A DNA stretch of 40,000 bases from Nocardioidaceae bacterium (GTDB lineage Bacteria; Actinomycetota; Actinomycetes; Propionibacteriales; Nocardioidaceae), in contig JAXLSN010000009.1 of the NCBI GenBank assembly GCA_046330595.1, forward strand, positions 271,789-311,788, read 5' to 3'. A program made the translations under genes and the position numbers. The notes under the pieces were generated by a model. It saw only the letters and a list, made by a program, of their open reading frames with translations. It was not told the DNA's origin and did no database searches. This document shows, one piece after another, positions 8,754 to 17,268 of the stretch (positions within the stretch are counted from its first letter, which is position 1; the number at the start of each line of letters is the position of its first letter).

Positions 8754-9800
8754 GTGACGACCACCGACCTGGTGGCCCGGCAGGCGCCGGCCAACCGACG
8801 CTCGCTGACCGCCGAGATCCTGTCGTGGCCCGGCACCCGGGCGCTGATCGCGGTCATCGCGCTGTTCGCGGTGAGCCCGCTGTTCGCCACCGGCAGTGTC
8901 AGCCGCATCGCCCTGCTGTCGATGCTGCCGTTCGCGGCCCTGACGGCGACGGTGGCGGTCGGCCAGACGCTGGTGATCCAGCAGGGTGGCCTCGATCTGT
9001 CGATCCCCGGAGCGGTCACCCTCGCCGCCCTCATCGTCGCCAAGTTCGGCGCCGACAGCTCCTGGGGCCTGCCGACCGCCGTGCTCGTGGCGATCCTCGG
9101 CACCTCCCTGTTCGGCCTGCTGAGCGGGCTGGTCATCGCGGTCTTCGGGCTGCCTCCCCTCGTGGTCACCATCGCGACCCAGGCCCTCCTGGTCGGGATG
9201 GTGCAGGCGGTGTCGGGCGGGTTCGGCGCCCAGGTCACCAAGGAGCTCAGCACCTTCGCCCTCAGCAAATGGGCCGGCATCCCCGTGCTGGCCGTGTTCG
9301 CGCTGATCCTGGTCGTGGCCGTCCACTTGGTCCTCAAGCTCACCAGGGTCGGTCGTCGCTTCGAGCTGGTCGGTGAGAACCCGCGAAGCGCCGCCAACAT
9401 CGGAATCCCGACCCGGCCCTACGTCGTGTCGGCGTACTGGCTGGCGAGCCTGCTCGCCGCCATCACCGGCGTCATGCTCGCCGGCCTGCTACGCAGCCCG
9501 ACGCTGACCGCCGGTGACAACTACCTGCTGCCGTCCATCGCCGCCGTGGTCCTCGGCGGCACCGCCCTGACCGGGGGGCGAGGCAGCGTGATCGGCACGG
9601 CTCTCGGTGCGCTCTTCCTGGCACAGCTCAGCCAGCTCGTGGCCACGTTCACGCAGGCGACCGCGGTGCAGAACATCGTCCAGGCGCTGATCATCGGCGT
9701 CGGGATCGTCGCTCAGCTCCAGCTGGGTGGCGCCTCGTCAAGGCTCCTCGGCCTTCTCGGGGCACACGCAAGTCCACGCCCAACCAACGACCGTCCCTGA
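8754..9800 (+). CDS. ABC transporter permease, CUT2/ribose-type (RbsC-like)
   Basis: ORF 8706..9800 is polytopic and hydrophobic, with TLVIQQGGLDLSIPG and LGGTALTGGRGSVIGT motifs typical of BPD_transp_2 permeases. The GTG at 8754, just after the A3 stop (8744-8746), is the likely start; the listed 8706 would overlap A3. Confidence 0.8.
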   Translation: MTTTDLVARQAPANRRSLTAEILSWPGTRALIAVIALFAVSPLFATGSVSRIALLSMLPFAALTATVAVGQTLVIQQGGLDLSIPGAVTLAALIVAKFGADSSWGLPTAVLVAILGTSLFGLLSGLVIAVFGLPPLVVTIATQALLVGMVQAVSGGFGAQVTKELSTFALSKWAGIPVLAVFALILVVAVHLVLKLTRVGRRFELVGENPRSAANIGIPTRPYVVSAYWLASLLAAITGVMLAGLLRSPTLTAGDNYLLPSIAAVVLGGTALTGGRGSVIGTALGALFLAQLSQLVATFTQATAVQNIVQALIIGVGIVAQLQLGGASSRLLGLLGAHASPRPTNDRP

Positions 9801-9813
9801 GGAGTTCCAGCTG

Positions 9814-10998
9814 ATGTTCCCACCCAACCGGGGGCTTCGCCCCACGGCTGCTGCGCTGACACTCGTCGGCGCGCTCGGCCTCGCAGCCTGCTCGTCCACG
9901 AACAGCTCAGGTGACTCGGGCACCGACACGGGCGACAGCTCCAGCAGCGCGCCCAACATCGCCGCGGGCACCGTCGGCCCTGTCGACCAGTTCGCCGACA
10001 TGGCATCGATCTGCGGCGACAAGCCCATGAAGGTCGGCGTCGTCGATGGCTATGGCACCAACTCCTGGTCCAAGACCGTCCTCGCCGAGATCCAGAGCGA
10101 GGCCGCCAAGTGCCCCGCCATCACCAGCGTCGAGTTCGCCGCCGGCGCGGGCGACCTCACCACCACGACCTCGGCCATCACCAGCATGGCCGCCAAGGGC
10201 GTGGACATCATCCTCGTGATCCCCGATGCCGGGCCCGGCAAGGCGCACGTGCCTGCCATGCGGCAGGCCACGCAAGCCGGCTCGATCGTGATCCCCTTCG
10301 CCTCCGACCCGGAGGGCACGGCTGGGACCGACTACCTCGACTACACCGACCAGGACCCGAAGTTCTCGGGCAAGACGTGGGCCCAGTGGGTCGCGGACCA
10401 GCTCGGGCCCGACGGCGGCAACGTCGTCTTCCTGGGCGGGCCGGCCGGTGCGGCCGTGTCGGTCCAGGAGTTCGAGGGCGTCAAGGAGGTGCTCGCGGAC
10501 AACCCGCAGCTCAACCTGTTGACCCCCGAGCCCGTCGTCACCAACTGGGACCCGGCCCAGGCCCAGGAGGCCATGGCCGGACTGCTCGCCAAGAACGACA
10601 AGATCGACGCGGTCATCGCCGACTACGGCGCCGTGGCTGCGGGCGTGATCCGGGCCTATGAGAGTGCGGGGATCTCGGTTCCGCTGCTCACCTCGACCGA
10701 CGACAACTCGCTCAGCTGTGGGTTCGACGGGATCAAGGCCGACAACCCGGACTACGAGTTGGCCACGGTGACGTCGCGCACCTGGATCGGCCGGGTGGCA
10801 CTGCGCAAGGCCGTCGCCCAGTTCCAGGGCAACGACGACCCGGAGCCCTCGATCTACCAGTTCGCCCTCGCCGAGGACTCCTCGGGCAGCACCGACGGTG
10901 CCAAGGCCCCGAGCGAGGCCTGCCTCAAGGACGCTCCGCCGGACGCGTCACCCTCATCGCTGCTGACCACCGACGAGTTCGCGAAGATCTTCAGCTGA
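9814..10998 (+). CDS. ABC substrate-binding lipoprotein (periplasmic-binding-protein type I, sugar-type)
   Basis: ATG 9814 has a GAGGAG SD 10 nt upstream. Signal peptide plus lipobox: MFPPNRGLRPTAAALTLVGALGLAAC, followed by a Ser/Gly/Thr/Asp-rich linker. The listed 9727 start lies inside the permease gene. Confidence 0.85.
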   Translation: MFPPNRGLRPTAAALTLVGALGLAACSSTNSSGDSGTDTGDSSSSAPNIAAGTVGPVDQFADMASICGDKPMKVGVVDGYGTNSWSKTVLAEIQSEAAKCPAITSVEFAAGAGDLTTTTSAITSMAAKGVDIILVIPDAGPGKAHVPAMRQATQAGSIVIPFASDPEGTAGTDYLDYTDQDPKFSGKTWAQWVADQLGPDGGNVVFLGGPAGAAVSVQEFEGVKEVLADNPQLNLLTPEPVVTNWDPAQAQEAMAGLLAKNDKIDAVIADYGAVAAGVIRAYESAGISVPLLTSTDDNSLSCGFDGIKADNPDYELATVTSRTWIGRVALRKAVAQFQGNDDPEPSIYQFALAEDSSGSTDGAKAPSEACLKDAPPDASPSSLLTTDEFAKIFS

Positions 10999-12478
10999 TG
11001 AACCGACCGACCAGCGACCCCGGCGTACCGCCGCTCGTCCTCACCGGGATCACGAAGACCTACCCGGGTGTCAAGGCACTCGACGGCGTGAGTGTCAGCG
11101 CCGCTCCGGGTCGGGTCCACGCGATCCTCGGTGGTGACGCCGGTGTCGACCCGGCATCGCCGCCGGCTCGGTCGTGCCCGACTCGGGCACGATCGGGCTG
11201 GCCGGCGAGGACTGCCCCCGCATCCGCACCCGTGAGGCCCGGGAGCGGGGGCTTGCCATCGTGTACCAGACCCCGGCGCTCGCACCCGCCCTCACCGTGG
11301 TCGATGCCGTGCTACTCCTCGTCCCGGCCGGGCTCCGACCGCCTCGCCGGGAGGCCACTGCCTGGCTCACGCAGCACTTCGCCGGGCTCGGGCTCGACAT
11401 CGACCCGGCGACGCCGGTCTCCCGGCTCACGCCGCGGGAGGCCCACCTGGTCGAGATCGCTGCCGCCCTTGCTGCCGAGCCCCGGGTGCTGGTCCTCGAC
11501 GAGCCGACGGAGGCCCTCGGCGCCGAGGAGACCCGCTGGCTCTTCGACCGGGTCGCCGAGCTGCTCGCTCGCGACGTCGCCGTCGTCTACATCACCCACC
11601 GGATCCCCGAGGTCATCGAGATCGCCACCGAGCTCACCGTGCTGCGCGACGGCAGGGTGGTCGGGCACGGCCAGGTCGCCGACTTCACGGCCGACCAGAT
11701 CGTGGAGCTGATCATCGGTCGCTCGTTGGAGACGACGTTCCCGGCCAAGGCCCTCGGCCCGGCGGAGTCGCCCCCCGTCCTCGAGGTGCGCAAGCTCACG
11801 GGCGCTGGCTTCTCCGATGTCTCCTTCACCGTCCACCCCGGCGAGATCGTGGGACTGGCCGGGGTCGAGGGCAACGGCCAACGCGAGCTGCTGCGGGCGC
11901 TGGCCGGCGGTGGCGCCTCGTCCGGGTCCCTGCTCCTGGGTGGACAGGAGACCAGCGTCCGCTCCTCGCGAGCAGCGCGACGTGCCGGCATCACCTTCCT
12001 TCCGGGGGACCGCCTCGGCGAGGCCATGTTCGGCAAGATGTCGGTGCGCGAGAACGTCGTCGCCGCCTCGATGAACACCGTCATGCCGACGGGGCTGGTC
12101 AACCGACCCCGCGAGTACCGCTACACCAGCGAGGCGATCGCCGGCCTCGCCGTCAAGACACCCACCCTGGAGACACCCGTCTCGTCGTTGTCGGGCGGCA
12201 GCCAGCAGAAGGTGCTGCTCGCGCGTGCGCGCATCGGCAACTCCCGGGTCGTCCTGGTGGAGGAGCCCACCCAGGGCGTCGACGCCGGGGCCAGGGTCGA
12301 GATCTATGCGTTCCTCCGCGAGATGGCCGACTCCGGCGTCGCCGTCGTGGTGTTGTCGACCGACGCCGTCGAGATCGAAGGCCTCTGCGACCGCGTCGTG
12401 GTCTTCTCCCGCGGGAAGGTGCAGGCGCTGCTCACCGGCGACCAGGTCACCGAGCGGTCCGTCACCGGCGCCGCCGTG
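10998..12478 (+). pseudogene. CUT2 ABC ATPase (RbsA/MglA-like, tandem NBD) with a disrupted NBD1 Walker A and no stop before the next permease
   Basis: The frame of ATG 10998 (TGATG coupling to the SBP stop) reads MNRP..LTGITKTYPGVKALDGVSVSAAPGRVHAILGGDAG. Homology then moves +1 (ST, 11146-11151) and +1 again (GIAAGSVVPDSGTI.. from 11153, i.e. ORF 11174..13552). No P-loop lysine is encoded in any frame. Downstream elements are present: Walker B VLVLDEPT, an NBD2 LSGGSQQK signature, and VLVEEPTQGVD. Confidence 0.7.
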
Positions 12479-13552
12479 ATGTCCACCGGCCACTCCGACG
12501 TGGTCGGTCACGCCCCCACCAAGAAGCCTCGCAGCCGGCTCCCCTTCGGACTGGGCAACGAGCTCAACGCCGGCCTCCTGCTCGTCCTGACGGCGATCCT
12601 CGCGATCGCCACGACCACCGTCGACAGCGCCTTCCTGAGTCCGCTCAACACCAGCCAGCTCCTGGCGGCGTCCTCGGTCCTCGTCCTTGCGGGGCTGGCC
12701 CAGCTGCTGGTGGTCATGACCGGGGGCATCGACCTGAGCCTCGGCTCGGTCGTGGCGCTGTCCGGCGTGGTGGTGTCGTTCTTCGGGCAGGCCGGACCGG
12801 CGTACTTCGCGCTCGGCGTCCTGCTCGCGCTGGGCTCCGGACTGCTGGTCGGTCTGGTCAACGGTGTCCTCGTGACGCGGCTCGGGCTCCCGCCGGTCAT
12901 CGCCACGCTGGTCACCTCCATCGCGGTGGTCGGAACGGCGCAGGTGATGCGCCCCTATCCCGACGGCAGCTCGACGCCCGAGATCATGACCGCGATCGGG
13001 ACGGCCATCGCCGGCATCCCCGTGGTCCTCATGGTCGCGGTGGGCCTGGCCGTCGCCGGCTGGTACGTCCTGTCGCGGACCGCGCTGGGACGCTCGTTCC
13101 GGGCCGCCGGCTCTGACCCTGTGAAGGCCAACCGCATGGGCGTCAGCGTTCCGACGATGCGGCTGCTCGCCGCCACGGCCGCCGGGGTCCTGGCCGCGCT
13201 CGCGGGCCTCGCGCTCTACTCACGCACCGGCATCGGTGACGCGAACACCGGGCAGGCGCTGACGTTGACCTCGGTGACGGCGATCGTCATCGCCGGCGCC
13301 AGCATCTTCGGCGGCTCGGGCTCCGCGCTCGCGGTCGCCGCGGCCGGCATCCTGCTGCAGACGATCACCAACTCGATCGCGTTCCTCAGCCTGGGCCTGG
13401 CCTGGCAGTTCTGGCTGCAGGGCATCTTCGTCCTCGCCGCCGCGATCCTGCCGATGGTGGCACGATGGCGCGCCCAGTCCCCTGGGGCCCGGACAACGTC
13501 CGCCCCCCAGCGGCGGCGCAGCGAGACCCCGGCCTCCGTCCCCACCGACTGA
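12479..13552 (+). CDS. ABC transporter permease, CUT2/ribose-type (second permease)
   Basis: This is the C-terminal 357 codons of ORF 11174..13552, starting MSTGHSDVVGHAPTKKPRSRLPFG.. It is polytopic, with VVMTGGIDLSLGS and AGASIFGGSGSA motifs. ATG 12479 is in frame with the ATPase; an out-of-frame TGA (12477-12479) forms a TGATG junction. Confidence 0.8.
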   Translation: MSTGHSDVVGHAPTKKPRSRLPFGLGNELNAGLLLVLTAILAIATTTVDSAFLSPLNTSQLLAASSVLVLAGLAQLLVVMTGGIDLSLGSVVALSGVVVSFFGQAGPAYFALGVLLALGSGLLVGLVNGVLVTRLGLPPVIATLVTSIAVVGTAQVMRPYPDGSSTPEIMTAIGTAIAGIPVVLMVAVGLAVAGWYVLSRTALGRSFRAAGSDPVKANRMGVSVPTMRLLAATAAGVLAALAGLALYSRTGIGDANTGQALTLTSVTAIVIAGASIFGGSGSALAVAAAGILLQTITNSIAFLSLGLAWQFWLQGIFVLAAAILPMVARWRAQSPGARTTSAPQRRRSETPASVPTD

Positions 13553-13555
13553 CCG

Positions 13556-13672
13556 CCGACCCGGCAGAACTTCTGCCGGGTGGATCCCAAGAGAACCCAT
13601 CGACCCGGCAGAACTTCTGCCGGGTCGATGTTCCATACCCTGCCGACCCGGCAGAACTTCTGCCGGGTCGAC
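13556..13672. repeat. Three tandem copies of a 27-nt palindromic (REP-like) element
   Basis: CGACCCGGCAGAACTTCTGCCGGGTCG occurs at 13601-13627 and 13644-13670, with a near-copy at 13557-13583. Spacing is 43-44 bp. It has 13-nt arms around a central C. It sits between the convergent stops at 13552 (+) and 13681 (-). Confidence 0.9.
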
Positions 13673-13680
13673 GCATGGGG

Positions 13681-14942
13681 TCAGGCGAGGATGCGGGCGG
13701 GGCCTCGAGGAGGCCCAGGAAGGTGCGCATCCAGTCGGCGGCGACGGCGCCGTCGACGCAGCGATGGTCGACGGCCAGCGTCACGCGCATCACCGTGGCG
13801 ACGGCGAGCTGACCGTCGTGGACCACCGGCTCCTGGCGGGCGGCGCCGACCGCGAGGATCGCTGCCTGGGGCGGGTTGATGATCGCGGCGAACTCCTCGG
13901 TCCCGAACATCCCTAGGTTGGTCACCGAGATGGTGCCGCCCTCGATCTCGGCCGGCTGGAGACGGCGTTCGCGGGCACGGGTGGCGAGCTCGCGGGTCGT
14001 GTCGGCGACGGCCGTGAGCGTCATCGACGTCACGTCGCGGAGGACGGGGGTCACCAGCCCATCGGGCGTGGCGACGGCGACCGCGACATCGACCCGGGCG
14101 AACTCCCGGACCGCGTCGCCGGTCCACTGCACGTTGAGGGCGGGCACCAAGGTGTGGGCCACGGCCACGGCTCGGACCACGAGGTCGTTGACCGACACCT
14201 TCACCCCACCACCGTCGTTGACCTCCTGCCGGAGCGCCAGCAGGCGGTCGACGCGGGCGGTGCCGCGCAGATAGAAGTGCGGTGTCGTCTGTTTGCTCTC
14301 GGTGAGCCGCCGAGCGATCGCCTGGCGCATCCGCGACGCCGGGACATCGGTGAACTCAGCGGCAACATCGGAGCCCACCCCGGCGGCCGCAGTCGCCCGA
14401 GTGGCGACGGCCGCAGGAGTGGGCGGCTCGGGGAGGGCTGGGACGGCCGCGGTCGACGGCTGCGCGCCGCGGGCCGCGATATGGGCGTCCACGTCGCGGC
14501 GACGGATCCGTCCGCCGGGACCGGTGCCGCGGACGTCGGCGAGGTCGACGCCCGCAGCGGCGGCGATCCGTCGCGCGAGCGGGCTGGTGAAGATCCGGGG
14601 CGCGGGGGTCGCGGGCGGCGTCTCGGCCTCGACGGCCGCGTCGGCGGGTCCCTCGTGGACCCCGAGCGATGCCAGCAGCGAGTCGACGGCATCGGCCGGC
14701 TCCTCACCATCGCCCCAGATCGCGATCGGGGTGCCGACCGCCACCTGCTGTCCCTCGGGCACGAGCACGCGCAGCAGCACGCCCGCCGCTTCGGCCTCGA
14801 TGTCGACGACGGCCTTCTCGGTCTCGACGGTGACGAGTGCGTCACCGGCGGCGTAGGGCATGTGGGGCTCGACCAGCCACGTGGCCAGCAGCGCCTCCGG
14901 CGTGTTGGCCGCGACCTCCGGCATGCGCAGGATCTCCGGCAC
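13681..14942 (-). CDS. Dihydrolipoamide acyltransferase (E2) of a 2-oxoacid/acetoin dehydrogenase complex; apparent 1-nt frameshift 4 codons before the natural stop
   Basis: GTG 14942 follows a GGGGAGGG SD, one nt after the E1 stop. Features: lipoyl domain ALVTVETEKAVVDIEA, E3/E1-binding segment SPLARRIAAAAGVDL, and catalytic DHRCVDGA. The literal frame runs on to 13386 through the REP hairpins and into the permease gene. Shifting frame at ~13695-13702 gives ..LLEAPARILA-stop at 13681. Confidence 0.8.
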
Positions 14943-14943
14943 C

Positions 14944-17136
14944 TCAGCCCTCCCCGTCCAGGGACGCCGCGATCCTGCGGAGCGCGGTGACCGCCTCCTC
15001 GGTGCGGGCGAAGGCCGCTCGCTCGAGCACCTTGCTGATGCTCGGTGAGGCCTCTCCCCCGTGGAGCCGTTCGACGGGAGCGTCGAGCCAGTCGAAGAGC
15101 CGCCGCGCGATCTCATCGCCGAGCCAGCCGCCGTACGACGTACCGCGCGCACCCTGCTCCGCGATGAGGACGACGTTGGTCTTCTGGACCGATGCCGTGA
15201 TGGTCTCCCAGTCGAGACTGGCCCGGTCGAGCCAGCGCAGGTCGATCACCTCCGCGTCGACCCCGGTCTCGGCGACGGCGTCGAGCACCGGCTGGGTCAT
15301 CGCCCCATAGGTCAGCACCGTCAGCGCCTCACCGGAGCGTCGGACCGCAGCGCGGCCGACCGGAAGGTAGTGGTCGAGGTCGTCGGGCAGACCGGGCCCC
15401 GTCGACGCATAGAGGTCGACGTGCTCCAGCACCACGACGGGGTCGTCGCACGCCAGGGCGGTGTTCATCAGCCCCACATAGTCGTACGGCGTGGAGGGGG
15501 CGACGATCCGCCATCCGGCGGAGGTGGCGAAGATACCCGCGGGATCCATCGAGTGCTGCGACCCATAGCCGGTCCCCATGGCGATCTTGCTGCGCAGGAC
15601 GAGCGGGACGGCCCCGGTGCCGCCGAACATGTGGCGTGCCTTGCCGATCTGGTTGAACAGCTGGTCGGCGGCCACCCACATGAAGTCGGCGTACATGAAC
15701 TCCACGACTGGGCGGAACCGGCCGTCGAGCGCCATCCCGCCACCCAGCCCGGTGAAGGCGTTCTCGGAGATCGGCGTGCCGAGCACCCGGTCGGGATAGG
15801 CGTCCTTGAGGCCCTTGGTGGCACCGTTGGTCCCGCCCGCGAGCCGATGGACGTCCTCCCCCATCACGACGATGCGGGGGTCGGTGGCCATCCGACGGTT
15901 CATCACCGCGGCGACGGCGTCGATGTACTTCACGTCCTGGAGGGCGTCCGTGTGATCGTCCTCGTCGGTGAAGGTCAGCTCGGCGAGCTCGCTGAGGTCA
16001 CCCCGGATGCCGGTGTCGACGAAACCGGGGTCGGGCCACTCCTCCGGCCGGATCCGGCGTTCGCCCGGCTTGCCGCCGGGCAGTGGCTCGAGGATGACCT
16101 CGCTGATCGCGGTCATGAGCTCCTTGGCGCTGGCGCGGGTGGCATCGACCTGCTCCTGGGTGAGGAGACCGCGGCGAACCAGGTGCCCGGCCGTCGTGTC
16201 GACAGGGTCGCGCCGACGCCACTCCGCCTCCTCCTCCTTGGTGCGGTAGCGGAACGCCGAGCCGGGGAACGGGCCGTTCTGGTGGAAGAACCGATAGACG
16301 TCGGCCTCGACGAGGGCCGGGCCGTTGCCGGACCGCAGGTGCTCCAGCGCCTCCTGCATGGCGAGGTGGACGGCCAGCGGGTCCATCCCGTCGACCTTCC
16401 ACGACCGGATCCCGAAGCCCGGCCCGCGCGCGGAGAGCCGGGTCTCAGCGGTCACCTCGTCGACGTTGGTCGAGACGGCGTAGCGGTTGTTCTCGACGAA
16501 GAAGCACAGCGGCAGCCGCCAGGCGGCGGCGAGGTTGAGGGTCTCGAGGGTGGAGCCGATGTTCATGGCCCCGTCGCCGAAGTAGGTCACCGCGACGGCG
16601 TCGGTCGCCGCCATCCGGTGGCTGAACGCCGATCCGGCGGCGAGGGGGACGCCGCCGCCGACGATGGCGTTGGTGCCGATGGCACCAGCCTGGAGCCACT
16701 GCAGGTGCATGCTGCCGCCGCGCCCGTGACTGAACCCGCGGTCCAGGCCGCAGATCTCCCGGAGCGTCCGCAGCATCGCCTCGCGGACGTCGGCCGGCCA
16801 CGCTTGGGTCGGGTCGAGCCCCTCGGGGTGCAGGTGGGCGAGGACCTTGGCCAGGAACTGGTGGTGGCCGCGGTGGGAGCCGTTGACCGTGTCGGCCGAG
16901 GTCAAGGAGATGCACGATCCGACGGCGCCGCCCTCCTGCCCGATGCTGGAGTGCGCAGGTCCGTGCACCAGCCCGGCAGCGGCGAGCTCGAGGACCAGCT
17001 CCTCGAACGTCCGGATCAGCACCAGCTGGCTGAACATCGCGGTCAACAGATCCGGTGCGGCGGCGTCCCAGTCCTCGGCCGTGACGACCAGCTCGGTCCA
17101 CTCGGCAGCCGCGTCGAGGTGATGGCGCGTCGGCAT
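14944..17136 (-). CDS. TPP-dependent 2-oxoacid/acetoin dehydrogenase E1 component, fused alpha-beta subunits
   Basis: ATG 17136 has an AAGGAGG SD. 730 aa. Alpha part carries the TPP motif YFGDGAMNIGSTLETLNLAAAWRLPLCFFVENNRYA; beta part has GEDV..GGTNGATKGL..PISENAFTGLGGGMAL..EFMYADF. The listed 952-aa ORF over-extends the N-terminus. Confidence 0.9.
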   Translation of the reverse strand: MPTRHHLDAAAEWTELVVTAEDWDAAAPDLLTAMFSQLVLIRTFEELVLELAAAGLVHGPAHSSIGQEGGAVGSCISLTSADTVNGSHRGHHQFLAKVLAHLHPEGLDPTQAWPADVREAMLRTLREICGLDRGFSHGRGGSMHLQWLQAGAIGTNAIVGGGVPLAAGSAFSHRMAATDAVAVTYFGDGAMNIGSTLETLNLAAAWRLPLCFFVENNRYAVSTNVDEVTAETRLSARGPGFGIRSWKVDGMDPLAVHLAMQEALEHLRSGNGPALVEADVYRFFHQNGPFPGSAFRYRTKEEEAEWRRRDPVDTTAGHLVRRGLLTQEQVDATRASAKELMTAISEVILEPLPGGKPGERRIRPEEWPDPGFVDTGIRGDLSELAELTFTDEDDHTDALQDVKYIDAVAAVMNRRMATDPRIVVMGEDVHRLAGGTNGATKGLKDAYPDRVLGTPISENAFTGLGGGMALDGRFRPVVEFMYADFMWVAADQLFNQIGKARHMFGGTGAVPLVLRSKIAMGTGYGSQHSMDPAGIFATSAGWRIVAPSTPYDYVGLMNTALACDDPVVVLEHVDLYASTGPGLPDDLDHYLPVGRAAVRRSGEALTVLTYGAMTQPVLDAVAETGVDAEVIDLRWLDRASLDWETITASVQKTNVVLIAEQGARGTSYGGWLGDEIARRLFDWLDAPVERLHGGEASPSISKVLERAAFARTEEAVTALRRIAASLDGEG

Positions 17137-17179
17137 CGCTGCGGTCCCTCCTTGCGTTCGGTCCGCCCAGCGTGGCAGA

Positions 17180-17254
17180 GATTGGATCCAATCGCAACCG
17201 ATGGTCTGGCGATCTGCCAGTGAATGCGCCACACTGAGGCAAGGTTGGATCCAC
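17180..17254. promoter_or_regulatory. Two GGATCC-centred palindromic sites in the divergent E1 / VOC-GntR intergenic region (candidate GntR operator)
   Basis: GATTGGATCCAATC (17180-17193) is a perfect 14-bp palindrome. TTGGATCCAC (17245-17254) is a second site. The centres are 63 bp apart. Both are AT-containing motifs in GC-rich DNA. Confidence 0.4.
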
Positions 17255-17268
17255 ACAGGGGGTTGTTC

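Noticed and set aside
10998-11711. 237-aa ORF as a complete small protein
   Set aside because: Only its first ~49 codons (to 11144) resemble an ABC ATPase. The remainder is Pro/Ser/Arg-rich out-of-frame translation of the ATPase, whose real continuation lies in ORF 11174..13552.
13386-13680. C-terminal ~100-codon extension of the E2 ORF (PASSPDPMRRPGRSSAGS..)
   Set aside because: It is translated from REP-like palindromes and from the antisense of the permease 3' end. A one-base frame correction gives a canonical E2 terminus at 13681.
15061-17223. 720-aa plus-strand ORF, and similar long ORFs at 7286-9400(-), 11312-12511(-), 20632-22098(-), 22275-23363(-), 26705-28303(+), 28436-29776(+), 30061-31995(+), 34227-35708(-), 35848-37401(-), 18577-19899(+)
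   Set aside because: All lie antisense to, or out of frame with, genes that have strong family motifs. Their translations are low-complexity Arg/Gly/Pro/Asp-rich strings typical of shadow ORFs in high-GC DNA, where stop codons are rare and antisense third positions coincide.
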